Shown: piece by piece, positions 55,112-64,000 of the stretch
Position numbering within the stretch: the stretch's first letter is position 1
Layout of the letters: every line of letters begins with the position of its first letter
NCBI GenBank assembly: GCA_039798785.1
Contig: JBDKFG010000002.1
Coordinates: 32,001 to 96,000 of the forward strand
Source: Verrucomicrobiota bacterium
GTDB lineage: Bacteria; Verrucomicrobiota; Lentisphaeria; Lentisphaerales; Lentisphaeraceae
Direction of reading: 5' to 3'
DNA length: 64,000 nucleotides
Translations under genes and position numbers: made by a program
Notes under the pieces: model-generated
The model's database searches: none
What the model saw: the letters and a program-made list of their open reading frames with translations, nothing else
Told to the model about the DNA's origin: nothing

Positions 55112-56440
55112 ATGTCTACAAACAAGCCTACACCATCCACACCTTCCCTGAGTTACGAACAGCAACGCGCCTTGGAGCAGATGCACAGGGGCGACAACAT
55201 CTTCCTCACCGGCGGCGCCGGCACGGGGAAATCCACGGTGATCCGGGCCTACGAGGAGACCACCAAGAAGAGGAGCGCGAAGCTTGCCCCGACGGGAGCG
55301 GCTGCTGCTCGCATCAAGGGCGCGACCATCCACAGCACCTTCGGACTTCGACAACGAGGCTACTTGCCCGACTACAAATCCTACCTGCCGGCCGAGCAGG
55401 CAGACTACCTTCGTGACATCGAAACCCTGATCATCGACGAAGTCTCCATGGTACGAGTCGATGTCCTGAACGCCATCGACATGACCCTGCGGCACATCTG
55501 CGAAACCAACCTGCTCTTTGGAGGCAAGCAGGTCATCTTGGTCGGAGACTTGTACCAGCTCAGCCCGATCGCCCGCGAAGAAGAAAAGATCATGCTCGAA
55601 GAGTGCTACGAAGGGATCTTGCCTTTCTACGCCCCATGCTGGCGCTACGGCAATTTCACCTCCATCATCCTCCGCGAGATCCACCGCCAAGCTGATCCTC
55701 TCTTCGCCAACTTGCTCAATGAAATCCGCACCGGAGGAACCATGGACTATTGGGGGCCGGCGAGCTGGCAGACGGCCATCGACAAGCTCAATAGCCTCCT
55801 GCACATCGCCTTCGAAGCGCCGAAAAACGCGGTGGTCTTGTGCGCGATCAATGCCCATGCCGACAGCCTCAACACCATCATGGATGCCAATATCAGCTCT
55901 GCCTCCAGCGACTTCTATGCGCATTGCTCCGGCGAGGTCTACTTCAATGAGATCGGCGCCGACGAAGTCGTGAGCGTGCGAGTTGGTTCCCGGGTGCTGT
56001 TGACGGCGAACCGGATCAACCAGGAGGAAGGCGGTTTCGACTACACCAACGGCGACCAGGGGATCGTCACGGAGATCAAGGAGTCGGCGATCTGCATCCG
56101 GCTTGATCGCGGCAGGAGCGTTGAAGTCAATCGCCACGTCTGGGAGACTACGCGCTTCCACTACGACAAAGAGACCAAGACGAAGACGGAAGAGGTGATC
56201 GGCAGCTGCTGGCAGTTCCCGATCCGCCTTGGCTATGCGATCAGCATCCACAAGAGCCAGGGTATGAGCCTCGACAATGTAAACCTCAGGCTCACCAGGC
56301 AGATGTTCGCCCCGGGGATGCTCTATGTGGCGCTTTCCCGCTGTCGCTCACTGGCTGGTCTGTCCCTGTCCCGTCCTCTTTTTTACGGGGATGTGATCCC
56401 GAATCCTGCGGTGGACGCGTTCTACGCCTCGTTGCCTTGA
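55112..56440 (+). CDS. Pif1/RecD-like SF1B DNA helicase
   Basis: FLTGGAGTGKS, APTGAAA, TIHS, IIDEVSM, FGGKQVILVGDLYQL, QFPIRLGYAISIHKSQG, YVALSR. Confidence 0.93.
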   Translation: MSTNKPTPSTPSLSYEQQRALEQMHRGDNIFLTGGAGTGKSTVIRAYEETTKKRSAKLAPTGAAAARIKGATIHSTFGLRQRGYLPDYKSYLPAEQADYLRDIETLIIDEVSMVRVDVLNAIDMTLRHICETNLLFGGKQVILVGDLYQLSPIAREEEKIMLEECYEGILPFYAPCWRYGNFTSIILREIHRQADPLFANLLNEIRTGGTMDYWGPASWQTAIDKLNSLLHIAFEAPKNAVVLCAINAHADSLNTIMDANISSASSDFYAHCSGEVYFNEIGADEVVSVRVGSRVLLTANRINQEEGGFDYTNGDQGIVTEIKESAICIRLDRGRSVEVNRHVWETTRFHYDKETKTKTEEVIGSCWQFPIRLGYAISIHKSQGMSLDNVNLRLTRQMFAPGMLYVALSRCRSLAGLSLSRPLFYGDVIPNPAVDAFYASLP

Positions 56441-57521
56441 CAGCGGTGACGAGGGCTCAGGAATCGTCCATCTGACCACTTGCCTTGAGGGGAGGTTTCT
56501 GCCCTTGGGATTCTTCCTCCAAGGTGGCTTCAGCGGGCGATTCGCCTAGGCAAAATCCATTGTCAAGCTTTTTGCCGCTTTCCGACCCGAGCCGGTTTTC
56601 GCCTAGCCGAGGAAACCCGAAAAAAATTATCGCCGGCCAGTGACCAAACTGCAACTTGACATATTGTGGAACCAAGCTCTCCATAAGCTACGAAGCCCAG
56701 TTCGGGTATGGAGCCTCTGCCACCTAGTAGCACCGGAAACAGCCCATCAGGGATCTGTGAAGATCGCTCTCCACTGCTTCCTGACATTGCCGCTCTTGCC
56801 GCGATACAAGCTCCAGCTGAAGCGATAAAGCCCGCGAGTACCCCGTCTAGCTAGGCATTGCATCATCGACTGTCCCTTCATCTCCGCAGGCATTGACTAT
56901 GGACAAAGTTTACCGCTACATACCAGTGCCCGCATCTCCCAGGATGGCTCCGAATGCCACCCTCGTCGTCCCCTGTGAGGCATCCCTCGATGAGCCTCTT
57001 TGTTTTCTTGCTTTGACGAACAGCGTAATCAGCTGCATGGATTCGCCCATCGACCGGGTCCCAGCATCTACTCGAGAACATTTGAGGAAGAATGCCGACT
57101 TCACGCACATGAAGTCGACACGGCTAATCGCCTCGTGCCATTCGCAGCACGGTGCCATTTCCAGATTCAAATTCCGAGCCAGATTTTTCAGTTTACGGCT
57201 GTCGTCCCCCGTGACACATAGATGTGTCGGCTTGTGCAGGCCACTGAAAGCATCGTCCGCCAGATGCTCCAGATCAATCCTTTCTTGATCGACTCCAAGA
57301 GGCCACGCGCCACAACCTCCGAAGCTCTCCGGCCTAGGATACACTGGCGACTACCTCTGACTTGACTTCTGAGCCTCGCTCGCACATCTGCTTGCGTGCA
57401 CAGGTCACCTACGACTGTGCCCGCCTTCGATGCACTTCGCCTCGAAGCAAACAGCTGCTGCTGGCCTGAGTTCAGCAAGTCACCCTTTCACCCATACCCC
57501 AATTTTAAAGGAGTCTCAACC

Positions 57522-58904
57522 ATGTCTGCCAAAATCAACACCGCCCTTGACCACTTTCGTTGTGGCCTCACGAATTACTTGAAAAATCCCAATTCTTTTC
57601 GCCTTCTGAAAGTGATTCCTGCTCTCTCCCAGGCCGCCGAAGCTCTGATCCAGGAGAGATTACAGATACTGATTGATCGGCCTTCGTACCTGTGGCTGTC
57701 GGAGATACGCAGCTTACTCAGCAACGGGAGCGAGAAAAATTATCTCACCATCATTTATGACGAATTGCGCGCTCGCACCGATGAACTCGAAGACGAATAC
57801 GAAGAAGAATACGAAGCCATAGAGGATGACGAAACACTGGTGTGCAGGGCGTTCGTGATTCTCTTGGAGAACTTTGAACCCCTCTTCCAGAACGGCATGG
57901 AGAAACGGGTGCCTATCGAGCTGCTGAGAGCCATTCAAAAACGGCTCTACAGCAAGGATCAACGCAAGAAAATCGCTACCCAGCGTCTGGCTCGGTGGAA
58001 GGATGAAAACTGGCCCGACGGTGAGCCCTCAGAATACCATGGTACTCTGCCATGTCCGCACTGCGGAGATGAGTTTGAGTTCCTTATGAAGGGCTTTCAT
58101 CCCCACCCCTTCTGCTTCTGTTGCAACACCTCGATGGACACCTCACCGAGCAAGACTCGCGGAGATGTAACCTGTAAAAAAACGAGCTGCTGCGCTATCA
58201 TGATCGGGCCCGCAGTCAGCGGTAGCAACGAAAGCGCCGACGACCTTCATGTCAAGCAACATGTCAGTAACGAGCAATTCATCGCCATCCTGAACCGCCT
58301 GCATCAGCAAGGCGAACTCGATGTGTCTACGCCATTCATCAAAACCAGTGACAAATACCAAAAGCCCCTGATCGACATCTCCAATTCACCCATCCAATTC
58401 GATGGGAAGCAATTCAAGCTGAATCATCCTGATGCTGCCAAACTACCCGTCACCAAAGTCTCACCCAATGGCGCCCGGTGGTTTGCCGAGTTATTCGAGA
58501 GCGGAAGATATCGAGTCCATGCCGGACATCTGAAGCAAGCTCTGGATTTCACCGGCATTGGCTTGACGCGGGTCGTTGACTATCGTCCCGATGAATTGAT
58601 TCTCGTCACTGCGGAAGATATGATAATTCGTCTTGGTATTAGGTACACAAAAAGAGACCGCGTGGTGTTGGCCGGAGAGATTCATTCCCAGTGGCAATTC
58701 AACCTTCTCTACTACTCGCCGCATCAATTCCCAGTGGTCATCGACCGGGAGATCCGCGAATACCTGGTGAAGGAATCCACGGACTGGAACCGCTGCGCCT
58801 ATTCCTTCCGCCTAGATTTGAAGCCCAACCCTGCACCAACTCGGTACCAGAAGTGGATGGCCGCTTGGCGCGCACAAAAAGCCGCAACCAAGGCTGGGCA
58901 CTGA
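57522..58904 (+). CDS. mosaic hypothetical protein (helical N-terminus, Zn finger, degenerate FGE-sulfatase-like segment)
   Basis: AAGGAG RBS; CPHC...CFCC; VSNEQFIAILN and LPVTKVSPNGARWF resemble SUMF1/FGE motifs. Confidence 0.6.
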   Translation: MSAKINTALDHFRCGLTNYLKNPNSFRLLKVIPALSQAAEALIQERLQILIDRPSYLWLSEIRSLLSNGSEKNYLTIIYDELRARTDELEDEYEEEYEAIEDDETLVCRAFVILLENFEPLFQNGMEKRVPIELLRAIQKRLYSKDQRKKIATQRLARWKDENWPDGEPSEYHGTLPCPHCGDEFEFLMKGFHPHPFCFCCNTSMDTSPSKTRGDVTCKKTSCCAIMIGPAVSGSNESADDLHVKQHVSNEQFIAILNRLHQQGELDVSTPFIKTSDKYQKPLIDISNSPIQFDGKQFKLNHPDAAKLPVTKVSPNGARWFAELFESGRYRVHAGHLKQALDFTGIGLTRVVDYRPDELILVTAEDMIIRLGIRYTKRDRVVLAGEIHSQWQFNLLYYSPHQFPVVIDREIREYLVKESTDWNRCAYSFRLDLKPNPAPTRYQKWMAAWRAQKAATKAGH

Positions 58905-59150
58905 AGCGAATAGAGGATCACAAGGCGGGCCGTTTCTGGCCCGCCTTGTGGCACTGGCTCAAAGCGTCCGCCACTCAAGCCCAGCTCACGCCCTCTCCCC
59001 CCATAATACCCTCACTCCTCGGTGCTTGACCGCGTTAGCGGGGCGCAGTAAAGCATCCTGAATCCACGGGTTCTATGAAGCGTGATAGATTGTGCACTCC
59101 GATACGAAATGCTCTCACTGTCAATCCATCGCTCGCCGGACTCCCCTTTC

Positions 59151-59819
59151 ATGGCCAAGCTCTACCGCTTCCGCCCCTCCCATGTCCTGCGCGAATCCGA
59201 GCAGGCCTTCGCCGCTGCGGCAGCTCAATTGCCGGAGGATTGGATCGTCGTCTGGAGCTACAGCTACCAGGATGACTCGGGGCAGAACCGCGAAGGGGAT
59301 TTCCTCGTCTTCGTTCCCGATCTTGGCATCGCGGTGATCGAGATCAAGTCAGGAGCGCTGCATGTTGACACCCGCAGCGGGGCATGGAACACGCCTCACG
59401 GCGACGATCCTTTCGCCCAGCTCGGCCGCGAGACCAACGGCGTCCTGCGTCGCCTCAAGAGCCAACAAGCGCAAGCACCTTGGGTCGCGCAATTCCTCTG
59501 CATGCCGAACCAGGATCTGCCGGTCTTCGAGCACTACAAGCATCCTCCCCGCAGCCTCTTCCTTGGACGCAATGACATGCCGGCCCTCAAGGAGCTGATT
59601 GTCGCCAACCTCGACAAGGCCTACCCCCATCAACGCGCCGCCGCCACTGCGGAACTCTTCCTGAAGGCCTTTGTGCCCGAGAACAGCCGCGATCTGCACC
59701 TGCTGCACCCGGCGGAGTCCCTCGACCTCCAGCGCCTCACTGATTCCCACCTGAGCCTGCTGCGTTGCAGCGTTGCCGAAATCCGACGGCTCCTAGTGCA
59801 TGGCCCCGCGCCTCCCTAA
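59151..59819 (+). pseudogene. truncated NERD nuclease-helicase gene
   Basis: REGDFLV...IAVIEIK NERD motifs; the frame ends at LLVHGPAPP*, where a helicase Walker A would begin, at an abrupt GC drop. Confidence 0.65.
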
Positions 59820-59914
59820 AAATGGAAAATAATCCGCCCACTTGACTTGCCTGGTACATGCGATACTTTTAGTAAGCACGAAGAATTTCAACATGTAGCC
59901 AGGATGTACACAAC

Positions 59915-60238
59915 ATGAACATTCACACTAAATTGCTTGGACGCGCACTAAATGATATACGGCTATTTAGGGATGCGCAGGAAATTGGATTTGACTACAT
60001 CGTCAATCCCGAGACCGGAGAACTGCACTATGTCCATCTCGCAAACTTCGCTGGCTCCCATAACCTCGCTTCAGCCGATCTCGGATCCTTCATCGGGCTT
60101 TTCAATCTGGGAGTGATTCCGATTCATAAATTCAAGGATGGAACTGAAATCCCGATTTATGATGCGGAATCGGGCGTGTTGCTCGGACCCTATCGACTGA
60201 ACAAGTGTCAGCACTGTAGATTTCCGATATTTAACTAA
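59915..60238 (+). CDS. hypothetical protein
   Basis: AT-rich ORF ending 1 bp before the next gene. Confidence 0.6.
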   Translation: MNIHTKLLGRALNDIRLFRDAQEIGFDYIVNPETGELHYVHLANFAGSHNLASADLGSFIGLFNLGVIPIHKFKDGTEIPIYDAESGVLLGPYRLNKCQHCRFPIFN

Positions 60239-60239
60239 G

Positions 60240-60686
60240 ATGAAAACTGAGTCTAACGAAGCGATAGAGCCTATGACCATACCTGTCACAATTCATGCTT
60301 CAGATCAATTTCTTCTTGCTCTCTGCGAAAGTATATATAGAGCAGAGAAGAGCGCATCTGACGAGCAAAAACGAGAAGCTTTTGGCGGCAGCTTCCCCAT
60401 TGAGCTACTTCTCATCCGGCGGGACAAAGTCCGCGTTGAAATCAGAAAGGAGAACGTCAGCCACAACGAGCCTCATCTGCACATCACACACTCAGACAAG
60501 ATTGATGTCTCGCTAAGCCTTAATGACTTTCGTGTGCTTGCCGGAGAGATTGACAGGAGGACCATGAAACATATGCTTATTGTGCTTAATCCAGTTAAAT
60601 CAAAACTCATGGAAATATGGAACGAACTAAATGAGAAGGACAATTCGGTCGGGGCCGAAAAGCTCATCAGTAATCTGTTTGAGTGA
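60240..60686 (+). CDS. protein with a DUF4160-like C-terminal domain
   Basis: HNEPHLHI...VLAGE...LMEIWN. Confidence 0.6.
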   Translation: MKTESNEAIEPMTIPVTIHASDQFLLALCESIYRAEKSASDEQKREAFGGSFPIELLLIRRDKVRVEIRKENVSHNEPHLHITHSDKIDVSLSLNDFRVLAGEIDRRTMKHMLIVLNPVKSKLMEIWNELNEKDNSVGAEKLISNLFE

Positions 60687-60996
60687 GCGCAGATGTTAAC
60701 TATTCGCTGCAGGCGCAAGGACCCAGACCCCCAAAGTCCATGCAATGCACCGCATCTGCGTCGAAGGGTTCACCTTCTCCCTGTAATGGCTGCGCCGCAG
60801 GTCCGGACCAGAATCCCCTTGGCTTCGGCGGGGCGGAACTGCACCAGTGGCTGTTCCCGCCCCCTCCAACGAGCCCTGTTTGGAGCCGCGCGCACCACCG
60901 GGATCGATGAGGACTTCGCGGCGGGGCATACACTGCGTCACGGGCGCCCTCGGTCCACATCCCCTTCGGCATCGCCAACTCAACAGCCGATTGAGC

Positions 60997-61179
60997 TCAT
61001 TCCTCGGATGTCCGACTTCGAAATAGGCAGATGCCGCCGTGAACGAGCAGACCTAGGCCAACGAAGAAGAGGATGACATTGAGCTCGCCGCCGCTGCGCC
61101 ATTCCTTGATCAAGCTGCCGTGGGAGCCGAAGAAGAAGACCATGCCCAAGCCGATGACGATTTTGACCGCAGGTGTCAT
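60997..61179 (-). CDS. small two-TM membrane protein
   Basis: AGGAG RBS; two hydrophobic segments. Confidence 0.5.
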   Translation of the reverse strand: MTPAVKIVIGLGMVFFFGSHGSLIKEWRSGGELNVILFFVGLGLLVHGGICLFRSRTSEE

Positions 61180-61268
61180 GAGCAGCTCCTAGTGAGATTG
61201 AGATAGGAGCAAGATCTAGGCGGCTCCCAGCGGAGCCGCCTAGACTGAGAGTGCTTGTGGAGTGCGCC

Positions 61269-61526
61269 TTACTTCGCGCCCTTGACCGCTTCCAGCTCTT
61301 TTTGCAGCTTGGCGATTTGCTTCTCGAGCTTGGAAGCGCCTTTGCCTTCCTTAGCCTTGGCGGCGTTATTGACGGCACGCTGAATGACCTTGAGGTCGTC
61401 GAAGCCGGCGAAGAAGTTGGTGAGCTGGACCGAGTTCAGGGCGCTGACTGCATCGCGAAGGGCTTTGAGGTTCTTGCGGCCTTCGGCTTTCTTCTGGCCA
61501 TTTTTTGACTTGGGCTTGGCTTCCAT
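61269..61526 (-). CDS. small Lys-rich coiled-coil protein
   Basis: GGAG RBS; strongly biased codon usage. Confidence 0.65.
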   Translation of the reverse strand: MEAKPKSKNGQKKAEGRKNLKALRDAVSALNSVQLTNFFAGFDDLKVIQRAVNNAAKAKEGKGASKLEKQIAKLQKELEAVKGAK

Positions 61527-61857
61527 GACGGATCTCCGATGGGATGGTTGATGGGGAAAGGGCGGGATAATTTGCTGTGACTCCCGCTTCCGGCAAGGCG
61601 AATCGCCAGCATCCCAGCATCAGTCCGCGAAAGATGACTCCAAAGCAGGGCCATCCTATTTGGCAGGCTAGACTAGAGAAGGGCTGCTGTGAAAGCTGAA
61701 ATTCGCTCTTGAATCTGACCTCGAATACATCTGCCCTCGCGCGACGTTCGGAGCCCTTGTCACGGCCCGAAGGAGTCGCGCTGAGGGAGCTTTTCCTCCT
61801 GGATTTTTGTTCGTGCCGTTCGCCAGCCTCCCTTGCGAAGATGCCCAATGGGCGTAG

Positions 61858-63123
61858 ATGAGGTGTTGCAATTTTCACAATTCAAGAGGCTGGTCCGTGT
61901 CACGCAAGTCACCTCAAAAATGGAGTCCCAATGCCGATCAAGAAGCAGCTCTGGGGACAAAGCCCGACATCACCTTGGCAAAGGAATGGGGCGTCAGCGC
62001 TTCGTCGATCCGCCGCCAACGCGAACGGCGAGGCATTCCTTTCCTGGCGCGGGGATATGTCCTCACCGAGGAACAGATCTGCCTGCTAGGCGAGATCCCG
62101 GATGAATAATTGGCCAAGATGGCCGCCATTCCCATCATCACAGTGAGGCGCTATCGCCAATCCCGAGGCATCGCTGCCAGCGTCACTCGAGCCTGGACGC
62201 CTACGGCGGAACAACTGGCGCAGCTTGGCAAGGTCGATGATGCCGTCATCGCCCGGCAAGCCGGGGTGCGGCAGCACATCGTCTCCAGTTGGCGGGTCAA
62301 GCTCGGCATCACAATCACCTCGGCCTGGCGGCCCGATGAGGCCACCGTGTGTCTGCTGGGCACGATGAGCGATGAAGACCTGGGCAGCAAGCTCAACATT
62401 TCCTCTTTCGCCATCGCCGAAGCGCGGCGCGAGCGCCGGATACTGCCGTTTGCTCCCCTGTCGCAACCCACCGATGTGCAAGTGACTTTGCTGGGGACCG
62501 AAACCGACAAGTCGCTGGCGCAGCGCTGGGGCTTGCCCCTCAAGCAGGTGAAAAACTGGCGGCGTCAGCGCGGCATCAAACTAGTGAGCAATCATTTTGC
62601 TTGGACCGCTCGACACGACGCGATGCTCGGCAGCATGAGTGACAAGGAAGTCGCGGAGACGATCGGCGCTACTTTTGCGCAGGTCAACTACCGGCGCAAC
62701 AAGCTGGGTATCCCGCCCTGCCACGAACCTCGTTCCAGCAGCAGCAATGAATGGACCTCGGCGATGATCGCACAACTCGGCAGCGACACCGACCGCAATC
62801 TCGCTCGGGCCTTTGGCTTCAGTTCCATCAATGTCAATCTGAAGCGGATGTCCCTGGGCATACCCTCCTTCGCTTCAAAACGCGCCAGCCCATGGACGCC
62901 TGAACTTGTGGCTCAGCTTGGCACCCGCAGTGATGAGGACCTGGCTCAGGCATTCGACCTCCATCAATCTACGGTTACGACCAAACGGATCGAGTTGGGA
63001 ATCGCCTCTTATCGATCAAAAACCTTTGATTTTCGTCAGAACCATGTTGATCTTGAAAGAATGAGGGGGCAAAAGTTAGTGCCAATCTCCAAGCACAATC
63101 CGAGCACAAAAAACGAGTCGTAA
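61858..63123 (+). pseudogene. tandem HTH-like repeat protein interrupted by an in-frame TAA at 62107-62109
   Basis: Repeats of W(T/S)...LG..(S/T)D..LA...G.....V...R...GI continue in the same frame on both sides of the stop. Confidence 0.75.
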
Positions 63124-63251
63124 TTCACGAAAGATTAAAGCCGTAGAAAAAAACTGTGGGAAACCGGCTGAAAACGGCAAAATCGGATTTGACCAAAGAG
63201 TTTCGCCGAATATCCTGGGTCTGATTGTCCCCGCAACCCACAGGTCGAGCC

Positions 63252-64000
63252 ATGAGTCCTCTCTGTAACTCCTTCGGCGCACGGCGCATCATCTGCGCGC
63301 TCACGCTGCTCCTCAGCACACTGGCCACATGGGCTGAAGAATCCGTCTGTTCGAAGGTCAAGATCGAGATTCCACAGGAGCTAACTCTGGAGCGTCAAGG
63401 CTTTGAAGCTACCATGCGGATTACCAATGGCAGCCCTGACCCTCTCAACGCGGTGAAAATCGAAGTTCTTTTCAAAGACGCAGAGGGCAATCCGGTCCTC
63501 GCCAGCTCCGATCCCAACGCGGTTAACGCTAAATTCTTCATCCGGGAAAGCGCCAAGGAACAGATCGCAGCCGTTGACGGCACCGGCTCCGTCGCCTCGG
63601 GCAGCACCGCTGTGATCAAGTGGCTGATCATCCCGGCTCCAGGAGCTGCCGGCAACCTGCCCGGAGGACGATTGTACAAAGTTGGTGCAAAACTCGAATA
63701 CACCTTGAAGGGCGAGGCTCAGGCCGTCGATGTGATCCCCGATTCGATCACCGTCAACCCGATGCCCGATTTAACCCTCGACTACTTCCTGCCTCTCGAT
63801 GTGCTCGGTGACGAGCCCTTCACTGCTGAGATTGAAGCTCCCGTGCCCTTCTCCCTCGGTGTCCGGGTCAAGAACATCGGTTTCGGCGACGCCTCTCACC
63901 TCAAGATCGAATCCGCCCAGCCCAAGATCATCGAAAACCGACAAGGCCTGCAAGTCAACTTCCGTCTGCTAGGCAGCCAAGTTCAGGACAAGTCGGTCAA
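63252..64000 (+). CDS. large secreted protein, N-terminal part (runs off the window)
   Basis: Signal peptide (RRIICALTLLLSTLATWA), then SVCSKVKIEIPQELTLERQGFEA...; open to the window end; not in the ORF track. Confidence 0.8.
   Translation, partial: MSPLCNSFGARRIICALTLLLSTLATWAEESVCSKVKIEIPQELTLERQGFEATMRITNGSPDPLNAVKIEVLFKDAEGNPVLASSDPNAVNAKFFIRESAKEQIAAVDGTGSVASGSTAVIKWLIIPAPGAAGNLPGGRLYKVGAKLEYTLKGEAQAVDVIPDSITVNPMPDLTLDYFLPLDVLGDEPFTAEIEAPVPFSLGVRVKNIGFGDASHLKIESAQPKIIENRQGLQVNFRLLGSQVQDKSV

Larger units (their letters stand above)
10350..63150. mobile_element. genomic island at tRNA-Leu (right boundary uncertain; no integrase seen)
   Basis: Starts at the tRNA 3' end with IHF/arm-like sites; defence cargo, integron remnant, mobile-element backbone genes and mosaic base composition. 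Confidence 0.6.

Noticed and set aside
54863..56251. 462-aa minus-strand ORF
   Set aside because: Antisense shadow of the Pif1-like helicase
44376..56440. Intact prophage or complete ICE
   Set aside because: No capsid, terminase, tail, T4SS/VirB4, coupling protein or integrase recognised in the window
57522..58904. Diversity-generating retroelement target
   Set aside because: No reverse transcriptase and no TR/VR repeat pair found
62107..62109. Programmed readthrough or alternative genetic code
   Set aside because: TAA terminates many other genes here; a single nonsense change or sequencing error is simpler

Overview
This window is almost entirely accessory bacterial DNA, GC-rich with AT-rich inserts. 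(1) ~1-7640 is the end of a phage-satellite/integrative-element-like region: excisionase-type HTH, two tandem YagK/YfjJ (Inovirus-Gp2, HUH-fold) paralogues of which one has lost its catalytic motifs, two AAA_25-type ATPases and a repeat-rich putative origin. (2) 8161-10349 is a short host stretch: PilT/PilU ATPase, caspase-like lipoprotein and tRNA-Leu(TAG). (3) From the tRNA 3' end, where an IHF-consensus site and arm-like repeats occur, a large genomic island begins; no integrase is visible in the window. It contains: (a) a type I R-M operon (half-HsdS, HsdM, HsdS, HsdR, M48 peptidase) interleaved with HigBA-M78, an ABC-ATPase/TOPRIM pair, an AbiTii pair and an AT-rich Ser/Thr kinase + TIM-barrel-like + PD-(D/E)XK module; (b) two divergent cadherin-like/RTX giant genes flanking an integrase-less integron remnant (promoter, attI-like site, two cassettes with attC sites); (c) a YkgJ-TerB-two glycine-zipper-atypical Hsp70 operon; (d) a mobile-element backbone (beta-clamp-like, RecB/Cas4-like nuclease, DUF2787, RadC, a third HUH-fold gene, Pif1-like helicase) with decaying genes near the right end. 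The best candidates for undescribed systems are the kinase/TIM/nuclease module (14913-17557) and the YkgJ-TerB-GlyZip-Hsp70 operon (38954-43621). All family calls come from motif recognition by eye; no searches were run.
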